From assembly GCF_963921235.1 (NCBI RefSeq), contig NC_086108.1, positions 52,702,001-52,766,000 on the forward strand: a stretch of 64,000 bases of DNA. The letters run 5' to 3'. Numbering within the stretch: the first letter of the stretch is position 1; each line of letters opens with the position of its first letter. The position numbers were made by a program, and so were the translations under genes. This stretch comes from Mobula hypostoma. Taxonomy: Eukaryota. Below the pieces are notes generated by a model, which saw only the letters and a list, made by a program, of their open reading frames with translations, did not search any database and was not told where the DNA came from. Shown piece after piece: positions 1 through 13,068 of the stretch.

Positions 1-660
1 TTTTATTGAGAAAGAAGTGGAAAGTTTTAAAACCTTCTCAGTGGGGGATCGAACTGTAAAGGGACTCGACATCCATGGTGAAAATGAGGCAGTCAGGGCC
101 AGGGAATTGAATATTAGTGAGGAGACAGAAGGCATGAGAAGTGCCACGGATGTTGGTGGGAAGAGACTGAACCAAGAGGAACAGATTGGGGTTGAGACAT
201 GAGGACACGAGTTCAGTGGGGCAAGAGCAGGCAGAGACGATGGGCCTACCCAGATCGTCAGGTCTGTGGATCTTGGGTTGGAGGTTTTAGTGAGCAGTGT
301 GTGGTAAGGAAACTATGAGTTTTGTAGCAGTGGGAAGGAGTTCTCCAGAGTTGAGGTCAGTGAGATCTCAGGCACAGCTTTCTAATGGTCTGGTGTGGGT
401 CATCTTCAAGGGGTAGGTATCAGGAGGTGACTAAAAGTTGATGCCTGGCCTCAGCAAAGTAGAGGTCAGTCCACCATGCTACAACAGCACCCACTTTGTC
501 CGCGGGTTCAACGGTAGGGTTGGGATTGGTGCGGAGAGGGTTGAGGGCAGTGTGTTCAGAAGGGGTAAGGTTCGAGGAGAGAGAGGAAAGAGATGCCTGT
601 GAGGAAGGAAGGATGAGCCGCTGAACAATGGCACCATGGTTCAGACAGTCATTCAAAAGA
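1..660 (-). mobile_element. Penelope-like element (family A), degenerate reverse transcriptase fragment
   Basis: Minus-strand translation gives PKIHRPDDLGRPIVSACSCPTELVSS...LIFTMDVESLYSSIPH, the N-terminal motifs of a PLE RT. Contains stops. Truncated by the window edge. Confidence 0.85.
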
Positions 661-684
661 GGGGAAAGAAGTGAAATGTTGTGC

Positions 685-1138
685 TAAGATGAGGGCACCC
701 TCAGAGTGGAGGAACAACACCTTATATTCCATCAGGGTACCTTCCAAACCAATGGCATGAAGATCAATTTCTCCTTCCAGTAAGCAAATTCCCCTCCCCA
801 TTCCTTATTCTGACCTCTTACTTCTTCTCACCTGCCTACTACTTCGCCCTGGGTCCCACCCTCCTTCCCTTTCTCCTATGGTCCACTCTCCTCTCCTATC
901 AGGTTCTTTATTCTCCAGCCTTGACCTTTACCACCTACCTGGCTTCACATATCACCTTCCATCTTGCCTCTTTCCCCACCCCCCACCCCACCTTTTTATT
1001 CTGGCATCTTCCCCTTCCTTCTCAGTCCTGGAGAAGGGTCTCGGCCTGAAATGTTGATGCTGCCTAACCTCCTGAGTTCCTCTAGCATTTTGTCTGTATT
1101 GTTTTGGATTTCCAGCATCTGCAGACTTTCTCATGTTT
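685..1138 (+). mobile_element. Penelope-like element 3' end/pLTR, inverted relative to the RT fragment at 1-660
   Basis: End of the GIY-YIG ORF (TLRVEEQHLIF...GMKINF), a pyrimidine-rich tract, a degenerate hammerhead at about 1023-1056, and the family tail (...ccagcatctgcagactttctcatgttt). Confidence 0.8.
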
Positions 1139-1139
1139 G

Positions 1140-3570
1140 GGAAGAGAAATGTAGTTGTAATTAGGAATAGTGTAACCAGGGGAATAGACACATTCCCTGT
1201 CGCATTGATCGAGGGTCCCAAAGGCTATGTTGGCTGGCTGGTGCCTGGGTTCAGGATATCTCATTGGACCCACAGAGAAAATTGGAGAGGGAGGGGAAGG
1301 ATCCAGCAGTTGCGGTCAAGTTGGGTGCTGGCGACTAGTGGTGTTCTGCAGGGGAAAGTGTTGGGATCAGTTTTTTTCACGTTATACGTCAATAATCTAG
1401 ATGACACGTTGGACGGCTTTATGACCAAGTTTGTGGATAGGTGGAGGGACAGGTAGTGTTGAGAAAGCAGAGAGTCTGCAGAAGGACTTGGACAGATTAG
1501 GAGAACGGGCAAAGAGGCAGATGGAATACAGTGTTAGGAAGTGTATGGTCATAGACTTTGGTAGAAGGAATAAAAACGTACACTATTTTCTAAACACGGA
1601 GCAAATTCAGAAATAAGAGGTGAAAATGGACTTGAGAAGACTCGTGCAGGATTCCCTAAAAGTTAACTTGCAGGTTGAATTGGTGGCAAGGAGGACAAAT
1701 GCAATGTTAGCAATCATTTCGAGAGGACTAGAATATAAAGGCAAGGATGTAATGTTGAAGTTTTATAAGGCATTGATCAGACCACATTTGGAGTACTGGG
1801 AGCAGTTTTGAGCACCATATCCAAGAAAGGACATGTTCGCATTGAATGAAAGGATTAACATATGAGGAGCATTTATGAGTGGTGTCTGTACTCACTGGAA
1901 TCTAGAATAAGGGAAGTATCCTATCGAAACCTATTGAATATTGAAAGGTCAAGATAGAGTGGACATGGAGAGGAATCATCCAATAGTGGAAGAGTACAGG
2001 ACCAGAGGGCACAGCCTCAGAGTAGAAGGACGTCCCTTTAGAATAGAGATAAGAAATTTCTTCTTGAATTAATTGCTAAAGATGGCTGCAGAGGCTGTAA
2101 AGTGGAAGTTGATAGGTTCTTGATTAATAAGGCATCAAATGTTGAAAAAAGATCCAGTGCTTTCCCTGCGTATATGACGAATAAACTCTTCTCAGGATTC
2201 CAACCAGGTACAGGTATCGATTATAACCAATGTTTCTATGACAAACTCTGTCTTCATCTTCAGGGATGATGCCTGGGCATGTCTAGTCCAGTGGTATTTA
2301 TACCCCTGTAGTCCATCCCTCCTGATGGGTTAGTCCTCATCCATTCAGGTTTCTGCTCTCCCACTTTGTTTACAATCGAATTCTACTTTTTACTTCGAGT
2401 TTTCCTCTAGTTTTATTTCAATAGCTTCCTTTTGCAGGTGGTTCCAAAAGCCATTGGCATAGCACAGTACTTTTGTGCCAAAGTCAAACTGATGGCCATT
2501 GTGAATGCAGTGTTCTGCTACCGCTGATTTATCCAGGTAACCCAAACAGAAAATCAGGAAATCCTGTAAACACCAGCCGATCTGAGTCCCAGGTCATCTT
2601 TGACCTGTATAAGCTGTCACCTGAGCTTCCTTATGGGTATCTAGATGGTATTAGTCCAGTATTTCTTCAGGATCCTGGCGATCCTTCCAGAAACTGTGGA
2701 AATATAGGGAAGACAGGTGGTAGCGATGGGTTCCTCCTTGTTGTTTCCTGGATTTTCCCCGTCAGTGATTTCTTTCACCTTGTAGCCATTCTGTCGGAAC
2801 ATCGTGTGTAATCGTCTGATTTCCTCAAGAAGACTCTCTGGGTCCTAAAAAGTTTTCACATGATTGATCAAAGTAGAAAGAACCACTCTACGTTGGGAGG
2901 TGTGATGGTGGCTGTTATTGTTGAGGTATAAGTCCGTGTGAGTGGGTTTCCAATGAACACCATGTCCGAGGCTACTGTCCAGTTTCCATCAGATGAGAAT
3001 GGCCTGGAATTGGAGGCAACCATTCTCCTCCATCTCCGTTGTAAATTGAATGTTTGGACGTATACTGTTCAGATGGTCGTGGAACTGTTGGGAGTGCCTG
3101 GAGCCGATGAGGCCACACGACCAAGTATCTGAAGAATGTGGGGTGCAAGGACGATGAACTCAGAGCCCTCTCCTCAAAGTCCTTCATGCAGAAATTAGCA
3201 ACAGCCAGTAACAAAGACAATCCCATGGCCACTCTGTCCATTTCTTCATGGTAGTTCCTGTTATAGAGGAAGTATGCTGATATAAGCATGTGATCAAAAA
3301 GGTCAGTGGTGTCAAACCTTGACTTCAGAAGGGCCAAGCTGCCCTTAATGAGAACTCTCGTGAACAGAGACACCATGTTGAAACTGACCATTAATATCCT
3401 CCAGGTTCAGCTGGATGTTGGTTATCGTTTTAACAAAGTCTGTCAAATGTTACCGGGAGAAGGCAGGAGAATAAGGTTCAGAAGGAAAATCAATCAGCTA
3501 TGATCGAATGGAGGAGCAGACTCAATCACCCAAAAGGGCCAATACTACTCCCATGTCCCCGGTCTTACAG
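1140..3570 (+). mobile_element. Degenerate, internally deleted CR1 LINE, interrupted by a PLE at 2144-3442
   Basis: An ORF1 esterase-like piece (KRNVVVI..S..RGID) joins ORF2 pieces (SGVLQG.VLG..FFTLYVNNLD; LQKDLDRL; YKALIRPHLEY). The CR1 3' end resumes at 3443. Confidence 0.8.
2144..3442 (-). mobile_element. Penelope-like element (family B, Poseidon-like), 5'-truncated, nested in CR1
   Basis: ORF 2972-3391 has VSF..VSLFTRV, YFLYN..Y, VAMG..L..AVANF.M.DFEE (PLE RT). A 9-bp TSD tcaaatgtt lies at 2135-2143 and 3443-3451. A degenerate hammerhead core is present (CTGAAGA 2263-2257, GAAA 2236-2233). Confidence 0.85.
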
Positions 3571-3574
3571 AAAG

Positions 3575-4335
3575 TTGTTTCCACTGGTAAGTGAAATGAG
3601 AACTAGGGGACATAGCCTCAAAGTTCGTGGATAAGAGAAATTGCTTTTCCCAGCGAATAGATAATCTATGGAATTCTCTGCACAAGGAAACAGTAGAGGC
3701 TACCTCATTAAATATATTTAAGACACACAAAGACTTTTGCACAGTGGTGGAATTAAGGATTATTCGGAAAAGGGCAGGTAGGTGGAGCAGAGGCCACAGC
3801 CATGATGGCAGGACTGTCATATGGTGAATGATTGGAGCGACTGGGATTGTATACACTGGAATTTAGAAGGATGAGAGGGGATCTGATTGAAACATGTAAG
3901 ATTATTAAGGGATTGGACACGCTAGAGGCAGGAATCATGTTCCCGATGTTGGGGGAGTCCAGAACCAGAGGCCACAGTTTAAGAGTAAGGGGTAGAAAAT
4001 TTAGAACGGAGTTGAGGGAAAAACTTTTCTACACAGAGGGTTGTGGTTCTGTGGAATGCTATGCCTCAGAAGGCAGTGGAGGCCAATTCTCTGGATTCTT
4101 TCAAGAAAGAGTTAGATAGAGCTCTTAAAGATAGCAGAGTGAAGGGATATGGAGAAAAGGCAGGAAAAGGGTACTGATTGTGGATGATTAGCCATGATCA
4201 CAGTGAATGGTGGTGCTGGCTCAAAGGGCTGAATGGCCTACTCCTGCGCCTATTGTCTATTGATCTTATTGAATGGTGGAGCAGGCTCGATGGACCAAAT
4301 AGCCTACACCTGCTCCTACTCCTTATGTTCTTATG
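3575..4335 (+). mobile_element. Two CR1 3' ends, one (about 3808-4262) nested in the other
   Basis: RLGLYTLEFRRMRGDLIET, TRGHSL and NCFSQRI.NLWNSL are CR1 ORF2 C-terminal motifs. Two 3' UTR tails are present. Confidence 0.8.
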
Positions 4336-5254
4336 TAGTCGACTCTTATGTAGTCGACCTATCTATATGGACATGGGACAAGGATGGATTGATCAATGAT
4401 ACCCTTCAGCCTGACCTATACTGAGCTGGTTCATGCATGAAAATCAGAATCCAGGACTGAGTCATCTTCCAAAGGAGTGAAGAAAATCACAGAAGTTAGG
4501 ACGGAAGTAGGAGGTCGAGTCAATTGTCGGAATAAAAATGTTTTCTAAAAGCAGTTTCTGGCAAAGTGGTGAAAGGGTTGGGTAAAGCTCAATTCTTGTT
4601 CCTGTATTCTTCAGAGAATAAGGAAATGAAAGTAATAACTAGAGCCCAAGGAACTGATAATAGGAGGAAAAAACAGTAATTCAAAATGAAAGTCTTCTTA
4701 TGACTGGTTACAAATTAACTGCCCACACAAACTGCCGGAAAACAACACCAAATACAGAAGTTTTTTTTGTTTTTGCAGGAAAAGTAATACAACCACAAAT
4801 TCAGCTCTGGAAAGCATATCTTCAGCTAGCTGAAGAGTATGGCAGAAATTATATGAAGCAAAATGGGAAGGACTGTATTTGTTCAAAGTGGTCAACTTGT
4901 ACAGAAATTGTTCATTTGTAACAACAGTTCAGTAGATCATATAAAATATTTAAGCTTTCTCAGTTTTTTTTTATTTTGTACTTACGATATTGAAGAACTT
5001 TAGCTCTGGACAATGAAACACTTCCCAATACAGGTGTTCAGCATCCAGATGAAGTATAGCAATGGCAAGCATAATACATCAGATGTAAAGCAAACTCAGA
5101 GTATTATCAAGGTTGTATCAAGATAACTTTAATTTCTCCCATCTGCAATTGTGTGGTTTTTGAATAAGGTTGCCATCAATATCATTCAATAGCAACCACA
5201 GCTTAAACCCACCCATTCTACAACAATGTAAAGAACATGAAACTATTTTCCAAC

Positions 5255-5467
5255 CTCATCTGGCGCTGGATAAAGTGCAAATAGCTCCTTATGTCGATTT
5301 CCCTTCCTCTGTTCTTCATTCTGTTGGTCTATTTCTTCAATAGGGAATCGATCTAGTAGATTTGGAAGGACAGCATCAGGAAGCGAATTCTTGAGATCAA
5401 AAATACTGCAGGCCCAGCTACCTCTAGGAGTATCGTCTATGGATACAGAACGCCGTTTCAAATCATC
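5255..5467 (-). CDS. DOCK7: Dedicator of cytokinesis 7, coding exon 6 (213 nt)
   Basis: Encodes [71 protein letters not shown]. Acceptor AG at 5469-5468, donor GT at 5254-5253, phase 0/0. Confidence 0.96.
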
Positions 5468-6023
5468 CTGCAATTAGAGACCTTTTTGTTAACTTCCATG
5501 CTCCAACTTTTTGCACTACAATAAAAGTAAATTTAAATTTAATGTCCATCTCATTGCTGCGTGGTTGATACCATATTTGTTTCCAAATTGACTACCACTC
5601 CAGCAAGTCATTGTGACTACATTTGCAAAACTTGAAGTATCCACGAGGCAACATATAATTGTGTGTGTGTCTATATATATATAAAATCAAATTTTGAGTA
5701 GAATTCAGCCTGTGCTTAATCCTTGGAACTGGTTACTCTACATGACGCTTTGATTAAACAGAATGATTTGAATTTACATGGTGCCCTTCACAATGTCAGG
5801 ATGTCACAAAACACTGCAGCCGATTAAGTGACTTTGCTACTGCTGGATGCAGGAAACATGATATTCAATTTGTCTACACCAAGCTTCCAGAAGCAACAAT
5901 GCAATAAAAACCAGATGCACCATTTTATTGATTTCTATGCTCTATGACATTAACTTGTAACTAACTCACCCTGGGTAATGTGTTTCCTATTGTTTTGTAA
6001 GTACATTCAATGAAGTGCTTCAC

Positions 6024-6153
6024 CTGATCGTCCTGGTAACTGTTGGGGTCTGGCATTTCATCTGATTCAAAGATCTGCTTTGGCAAACCTTTTTGTCTTT
6101 CCTTCTGTTTGTCAAGTGTGTTGGGATTGAATCCTGTGCTGAGTTTGTGATAC
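6024..6153 (-). CDS. DOCK7: DOCK7 coding exon 5 (130 nt)
   Basis: Encodes [43 protein letters not shown], with canonical AG/GT boundaries. Not in the ORF track. Confidence 0.96.
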
Positions 6154-6246
6154 CTGTTTTAACGAATGTTTAAAAACTGCATTACAATTAAAGCTCACTG
6201 AACCAGTCGAAAGAAATTGAGTGAAAATATACTACCTAGAGCTTAC

Positions 6247-6315
6247 TTGCGATTCACGATGGCCCAGTCCTCAGTGTAGGTTCTCACACAGTCCCTTACA
6301 TGAGGGTCCATATCA
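6247..6315 (-). CDS. DOCK7: DOCK7 coding exon 4 (69 nt)
   Basis: Encodes (S)[22 protein letters not shown](K), with a ttttcag acceptor and a gtaagc donor. A 93-nt intron separates it from exon 5. Confidence 0.96.
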
Positions 6316-6664
6316 CTGAAAACAGGAATAAAAATAGTAATTACAAAAATTATGAGTTGAAAACGGGCTTCCAGCATGAACTTTTAAAAGTGACAATGAA
6401 AGTTATCAGATGGTAGGTCCATCCAGAAGATTAAGGTGCATGGGAGCTATGGTAACTTGGCCATATGGATTCAAAGCTAGCTTCCCACAGAAGACACAGC
6501 AAAGTGGCGTGACTAGAGGTGATCTGCAGGGATCTGTACCGAGACTGCTGCTGTGTGTGATATTTATAAATGACTTTGTTGAATAGTTGAAATCTGCAGA
6601 TGCCACCAAGGTTGGAGGCATAGTTCATAGTACAGAATGTTGCCAAAGGACACAACAGGTTACA

Positions 6665-7225
6665 CACTCAATGGTCACTTTATTAAGTACCTTCTGTATT
6701 TAATAAAGTTGGCTACTAAGTGTACATTCATGGTATTCTGCTGCTGTATCCCATCCACATCAAGGTTTGATGTGTTATGCGTTCAGAGATGCTCTTCTGC
6801 ACACCACTGTTGTGATGTGTGGTTATCTGAGTTACCGTCACCTTCCTACCAGTTTGAACCAGACTGGCCATTCTCCTCTGATTTCTCTCATTAACAAGGT
6901 GCTTTCACCCACAGAACTGCCACTCACTGAGTGTTTCTTGCTTTTCGCACCATTCTCTGTAAACTCTAGAGACTGTTGTGCATGAAAATCCCAGGAAATC
7001 TGCAGTTTCTGAGATCCTCAAACCACTCCATCTGGCACCAAAAATCACTGTCAAAGTCACTGAGATCACATTTCTTCCCCATTCGGATATTTGGTCTGAA
7101 CAGCAACTGAAGAACTCTCGAACTTGCCTGCGTGCTTTTATGTATCGAGTTGCAGCCACAGGATTGGCTCATAAGATATTAACAAGCAGGTAACCAGATG
7201 TACCTAATAAAGTGGCCACTGAGTG
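6665..7225 (-). mobile_element. Non-autonomous Tc1-like DNA transposon inside a degraded CR1
   Basis: TIRs are cactca(a/g)tgg(t/c)cactttatta(a/g)gtac and gtacctaataaagtggccactgagtg, followed by TA. The minus strand carries a transposase HTH remnant (MGKKCDLSDFD...GARWSGLRISETADFLGFSCTTVSRVYREW). Confidence 0.85.
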
Positions 7226-7351
7226 TAGATTAGTTGCAGAAATCAAAAAGTACAGGGGGATCCTGATCAGATGAGCATGTGGGCCAAGGAACGGCAAATG
7301 GAATTTAATTCAGAAAAGTGCAAGGTATTCATTTTGTAAGTCAAATCCAGC

Positions 7352-9147
7352 TATGGCTTTCAAAGTGAAAGGCAACAAGACAACACCACCTGCCTGTGCT
7401 GGTGATGCCTCTCTCCCAGATGCGTTGAATAACTTCTACGCTCGTTTTGAGGCAGAAAATGACGTGGCTGTGAGGAAGATCACCCTTCCTCCAAACGACC
7501 AGGTGCTGTGTCTTACCGTGGCCGATGTGAAGAGAACCCTATACAGGGTCAACCAACAGAAGGCTGCTAGACCAGACAATATTCCTGGCAGAGTGCTTGG
7601 AGGATGTGCAGACCAGCTAGCAGAGCTTCTCACTGACATCTTCAACATTTCCCTGAGCAGCGCCATCATTCCTACGTGCTTCAAGGCCGCCACCATTGTC
7701 CCCATGCCAAAGAAGTCTTCAGTGTTCTGCCTCAACGATTACCATCCCGTCACACTCACATCCATTATCATGAAGTGTTTCGAGAGGCTCGTCATGAGGT
7801 ACATCAAGATCCTGCTGCCCCCCTCAATGGACCCCCTGCAGCTCGCATACCATCCCAACCGGTCAACAGACGACGCCATTGCCATCGTCCTCCACCTAGC
7901 CCTGACCCACCTGGACAAAAAAGACACGTACGTTTGAATGTTGTTCATAGACTTCAGTTCAGCATTCAACACAATCATTCCTCAGAAACTGATTGGAAAG
8001 CTGAGCCTACTGGGCCTGAACACCTCCCTCTGCAAATGGATCCTAGATTTCCTGACTGGGAGACCTCAGTCAGTCCAGATTGGAAGCAGCATCTCCAACA
8101 CCATCACACTGAGCACAGGGGCCCCCCAGGGCTGTGTGCTCAGTCCACTGCTGTTCACTCTGCTGACCCACGACTGTGCTGCAACACACAGCTCGAACCA
8201 CATCATCAAGTTCATCGATGACACGACCGTGGTGGGTCTCATCAGCAAGAACGATGAGTCAGCATACAGAGAGGAGGTGCAGCGGCTAACGGACTGGTGC
8301 AGAGCCAACAACCTGTCTTTGAATGTGAACAAAACAAAAGAGATGGTTGTTGACTTCAGGAGGACATGGAACCACCACTGTCCACTGAACATCGACGACT
8401 CCTCTGTAGAGATCGTTAAGAGCACCAAATTTCTTGGTGTTCACCTGGCGGAGAATCTCACCCGGTCCCTCAACACCAGCTCCATAGCAAAGAAAGCCCA
8501 GCAGCATCTCTACTTCCTGCAAAGGCTGAGAAAAGTCCATCTCCCACCCCCTCATCCACACCACATTCTACAGAGGTTGTATTGAGAGCATCCTGAGCAG
8601 CTGCATCACTGCCTAGTTCGGAAATTGCACCATCTCAGATCGAAAGACCCTGCAGCGGATAGTGAGGTCAGCTGAGAAGATCATCGGGGTCTCTCTTCCC
8701 GCCATTACAGACATTTACACCACATGCTGCATCCGTAAAGCAAACAGCATTATGAAGGACCCCACGCACCCCTCATACAAACTCTTCTCCCTCCTGCCAT
8801 CTGGCAAAAGGCACTGAAGCATTCAGGCTCTCACGACCAGACTATGTAACAGTTTCTTCCCCCAAGCCATCAGACTCCTCAATACCCAGAGCATGGACTG
8901 ACACCAACCTACTGCTCTCTACTGTGCCTATTGTCTTATTTATTGTAATGCCTGCACTGTTTTGTGCACTTTATGCAGTCCTGGATAGGTCTGTAGTCTA
9001 CTGTAGTTTTGTGTTGTTTCACGTAGTTCAGTGTAGTTTTTGTATTGTTCATGTAGCACCATTGTCCTGAAAAACGTTGTCTTGTTTTTACTGTGTACTG
9101 TACGAGCAGTTACGGTCGAAATGACAATAAAACGTGACTTGACTTGA
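7352..9147 (+). mobile_element. Rex1/Babar-clade LINE (family 1), 5'-truncated, pseudogenised RT
   Basis: ORFs 7353-7937 and 7938-8585 are one frame broken by TGA, with motifs [38 protein letters not shown] and KFIDD. The 3' end has AATAAA and a (gactt)n tail. Confidence 0.9.
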
Positions 9148-10555
9148 CAGAGCCTGAGGACTGCTGTAGAACACAGCCACCTGGAGTACTGGCTCACGGC
9201 TCACTGAAAGCAGAGTCACAGGGTGGTGAAGACATGCTAGCTTTCATAAGTGAGGGTATGGAGTATAAAAGTCAGGAGGTGAAGTTGTAGTTGGTTGCAC
9301 AGGACACTGGAGAGTATTGTGTTCAGTTTTGGTTGCCCTGTTATATGAAGGATCTGCCCTGTGCTAGTGCAGGGGAAGTGCTGCAGGAGCTCTACAGTGC
9401 CGGTGTGAAGTCACTTGCCCTGACGGTGTCTTCACTGTTGCTGGTGACTTCAATCATGCCAACTTAAAAACAGTCATGCCAAAGTTTCCAGCACGTCACT
9501 TTTGCAATCAGACCTGGTATCTACCAACGTTAGAGGAGCTTAAAAGGCTATCCCCTGCCCTCACCATGAATACTCAAAACAACATATCCATTTTGCTTAT
9601 CCCTGCATATAGGCTCCTGGTCAAATGAGTGTTATATGTTTTGTGCATGCACTGTGGGGTTTTGTTTGGTTGTAGTTGACAATAAACTTGAACTTTGGGA
9701 TTTGGGATGTTGCCAGGACGAGGGACTGAGTTAGAAGGAGAGGCTAGATGGGATATGTTTTTATTCCATGGGGACTGAGAAAGGATCTTACAGAGGTGTC
9801 TAAAATCATGAAGGGCATAGATAGAGTGAAGAATCAGTTTGGAGAATCAAGAACTAAGGGGCATAGGTTTAAGATGAGAGGGGAAAAGATTTAATAGGAA
9901 CTTGAGGGGCAACTTTTTTCCTACAGAGGGTGGTATGTATGCAAAATGAGCTGCCAGAGGAAGTGGTTGAGGCAGGTACAATAACAACTTTAAAAGACAG
10001 CTGGACAGGTACATGGATTGGAAAGGTTTAAGTTATGGGCCAGATGCTGGCAAATGGGACTAGCTTGAATAAGGCATCTTGGTCGGCATGGATCTGCCTG
10101 GATAAGAGAGCATGTGCTATTGGGAGAGGTTGGACAAACTGGGATTGTTTTGCTCTGGAGCGGCGGAGGCTGAGAAGAGACCTGATAGAAGTCTATAAAA
10201 TTATAGACAGCTGATATCTTTCTACCGGTGTCAAGATGTCCAATACTCGAGGGTATACATTTTTAAGGGGGGGGGGGGAATGGAAGAGTTCAAAGATGTC
10301 CATGGCAAGTTTTCCCAAACATGCAGAGAGTGGCAGGTGCTTGGAATGCACTGCCAAGGTTGGTAGCAGAGGGAGAATAATGGCAAATAAGAGGCTCTTA
10401 GATAGGCACAAGAATATGCAAAGAATGAAGGGATTAAGGATCATGTACAGTCAGAAGGGATTAGTTCAATTAGGCATCATTATCTTAATTAATTCAGCTC
10501 ACCATCACGGGCTAAAGGGCCTGTTCCGGTGCAGAGTTGCTCTTCATTCTATGTA
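9148..10555 (+). mobile_element. Degenerate CR1 fragments, with a Rex-like piece at about 9350-9690
   Basis: CR1 ORF2 C-terminal and 3' UTR sequence (gagtattgtgttcagttttgg, agaactaaggggcataggtttaag, aagggcctgttcc). Confidence 0.65.
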
Positions 10556-11624
10556 GAACAACTGGAACTCAGTCAGTGCCCTTAAACTACTGCTATTGTA
10601 ACTCAATCAAAAGGATATTCCAAACAACTCCCATTTCAACCACATAGCATTCCTATAAATCAAGGCTGAACTTGAGTTTTATTGTGCCATACCATATCCT
10701 TTGATTCCCCTAATGTTCACAACTTTACACTCTCCTCGTTGAATATACTCATTGAATGAGAATCATCATCCTGGGATAGAGAATTCCAAAGGTTTGGAGC
10801 TTCTTTATTTCAGTCCATGCCCTAAAACCAGAACCCAAGACAGGGAAAATGGCAACTACTATACACTGTCAAGCCCTTTAAGAACTTGTTTTATGCAACC
10901 TCCATGGCTATCCTTTCACTTAAGAAGATCTTTTAATTTCACTTTATCAAAAGTAACCTTTCCATTGAACTCCATCTACTCACTCAATGCACCAGAGTAT
11001 GTTGTTAAAAAGCAAGGCTAACTGTGCTCACTACATCATTAGCAAATAGCACTTGAACCTAAAGCCACAGGAAAAATGCAGAAATGTTGAATGTCGAAAG
11101 CTACTGCCTAGGCTGTGCAAACACACTAAAAAATGTGAAAATGCAATCTTGCTGTCTTCTTCACCATTGAAATGCATCAAACAGCAAAATGTTACATGGC
11201 AGATACTAAGCAGCTGCAGAAATGGTAAGCCATCATGGCAACTACAATTACCCTTACTTTTAGACTTTAAGTATTGCCAACTATACTTCCCTGCATTGAA
11301 AATTAGCTATCAAAAGTTCTTAGTAAAAATAATTTTTGTTGATTTTAAAATGTGGGTTTTAAAAATTATCTTCTTCCCTTGCTTCATGCGACTTCCCAAC
11401 AAATTACTCACAAATTTCCTACTTACTGTCCTTTTGATTCCGATTATGGTGCTTATTTTAAAATCAAATCCCTTCTTGAAACCTGGATGTGCAGATTAAG
11501 ACTAAACTCCTGGTGTTTAAAATGGAATCCAAATCAGAAAATGCTGATGATACATAGCAAGTCAAAGAGTAGTACAGTGAGAAAAAGGCATTTCAACTCG
11601 TCCAATAATGCCCTTCTCTCATTC

Positions 11625-12050
11625 CTTTCTTTCTTTATCTTTTTATTGATTTTAAAGGAACATAAATACAAACAAGAGGAGAATTATCTCAAATATATAT
11701 ATCAGTAATACAAACTGAGATTGAGATAGACATTATCAAAATCGTACATAGTGTTAAGCTAGTATATAATATATAATAAAAAAGAAAACAGCAATTCTCC
11801 TCTTATCAGTTCAAAAAAGAGGAAAGAAAAAACTTTGAATTTTAAATGAAGAGGAAAAAGCCCCACTACACTATACAAAAAAATAGAAACAAAAAAAAAG
11901 GGACTGGGCAATCCATTCTGAGGATACGACCTAAAAAAAAGAAAGACTTTCTGATCAAATGTAACACTTCAAAAAAAATTGGAAGAGTAATAAATCAAAT
12001 TAAATGAAAATATTGACTAAAAGGTTGCCAGATTTGCTCAAATTTAAAGT
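11625..12050 (-). mobile_element. L1/Tx1-like LINE 3' end
   Basis: The minus strand reads FKFEQIWQPFSQYFHLI*, resembling the fish L1 ORF2 C-terminal KFxxIWxPF motif. A T-rich UTR and AATAAA with an A-rich tail follow. Confidence 0.55.
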
Positions 12051-12892
12051 ATCTACTAATTCCATTTACCTGCATTAGTCCCCATATCCCTCAGGTACTC
12101 TTTCAAGTACCTGCCAAGATGCCTTTTAAATGTTGTTATTATCCCCACCTCCACTACCCCGTGGCATATTATTCCAGATACCAACCACTCCGCAAAAATA
12201 ATTTTTCCCTCAGATCCAGTTTAAACCTCTATCCTCTCACCTGAAAGTCAAGCAGCATCCATGGAGAGATAAGCATTTTAATCAACAACCTCCCATCAGT
12301 TGAAAAGTCATTAACTGTTTCTCAATGTCCAGCAATCAATAATACAGTTTCTTGGCAGTGTACAGACGCACACAATCTTTATTCCTTTTCCTCTCCAAAT
12401 AATTGATAAACTTATATAATTTCCAATCTAATAACATTAATTTCTGAATCTAAACAGGAAAACTGACTAATCTAAAATTTTCTCACTAATTTTTTAATAA
12501 CTCAGTTACTCTCACCCTTTATTAATTAATCATGTAATTTATTGTTTTAATGCAATGTTGTGCTGATGTTTTGTACTCTGCCGTGTATTAGATCACCTCC
12601 AACAGAATGTCAAATGAAAATATCCAAGCTCAACTTGACCTTCACCCTACATTCTTCCACCTAAACTGTAGCAGGTGAGCATCAATACAGAAATGATAAA
12701 TTAAAAAGAGTAGAATAAATGCATCACAAATACATCAGCCTTGACACCATTTACTATTTTGAACAATTTTCCTCTAATTTGGTTTTTGCTGTCATACGTT
12801 TTCATACTCTCCTGTGGATACAATAACTTCATTTGCTTTGAGTAGTTAAGCATACATTTGATCAAACTGTTCGAAAAGAATGAAGCTTTTAC

Positions 12893-13068
12893 CTTTCCTC
12901 GGGTACAGCTTGGACCAGCGTTCGGCATTCTCTTGGGCTGTAGATGACTTCAATATCATCTGGTGGAAACTCCAACAAGTCCCTCAAGGGACCCGGATCA
13001 ATTATGGGAGGGTGCATCATCACATAATCTTCAAAGTCCACTGGATCTACTGCCTCAGTTAACGGAAC
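12893..13068 (-). CDS. DOCK7: DOCK7 coding exon 3 (176 nt)
   Basis: Encodes [58 protein letters not shown], with a tttcag acceptor and a gtaaaa donor. Confidence 0.97.

Noticed and set aside
4986..5141. Possible extra DOCK7 exon after exon 6 (gtaagt donor at about 4985 on the minus strand)
   Set aside because: No similarity to DOCK7 exon 7 (EEPIERL...), an early stop, and a weak acceptor. Exon 7 appears to lie outside the window.
11053..11708. 148-aa and 118-aa ORFs in unique-looking sequence
   Set aside because: No recognisable domain, AT-rich composition, alternative starts, and antisense within a DOCK7 intron. Consistent with chance ORFs.
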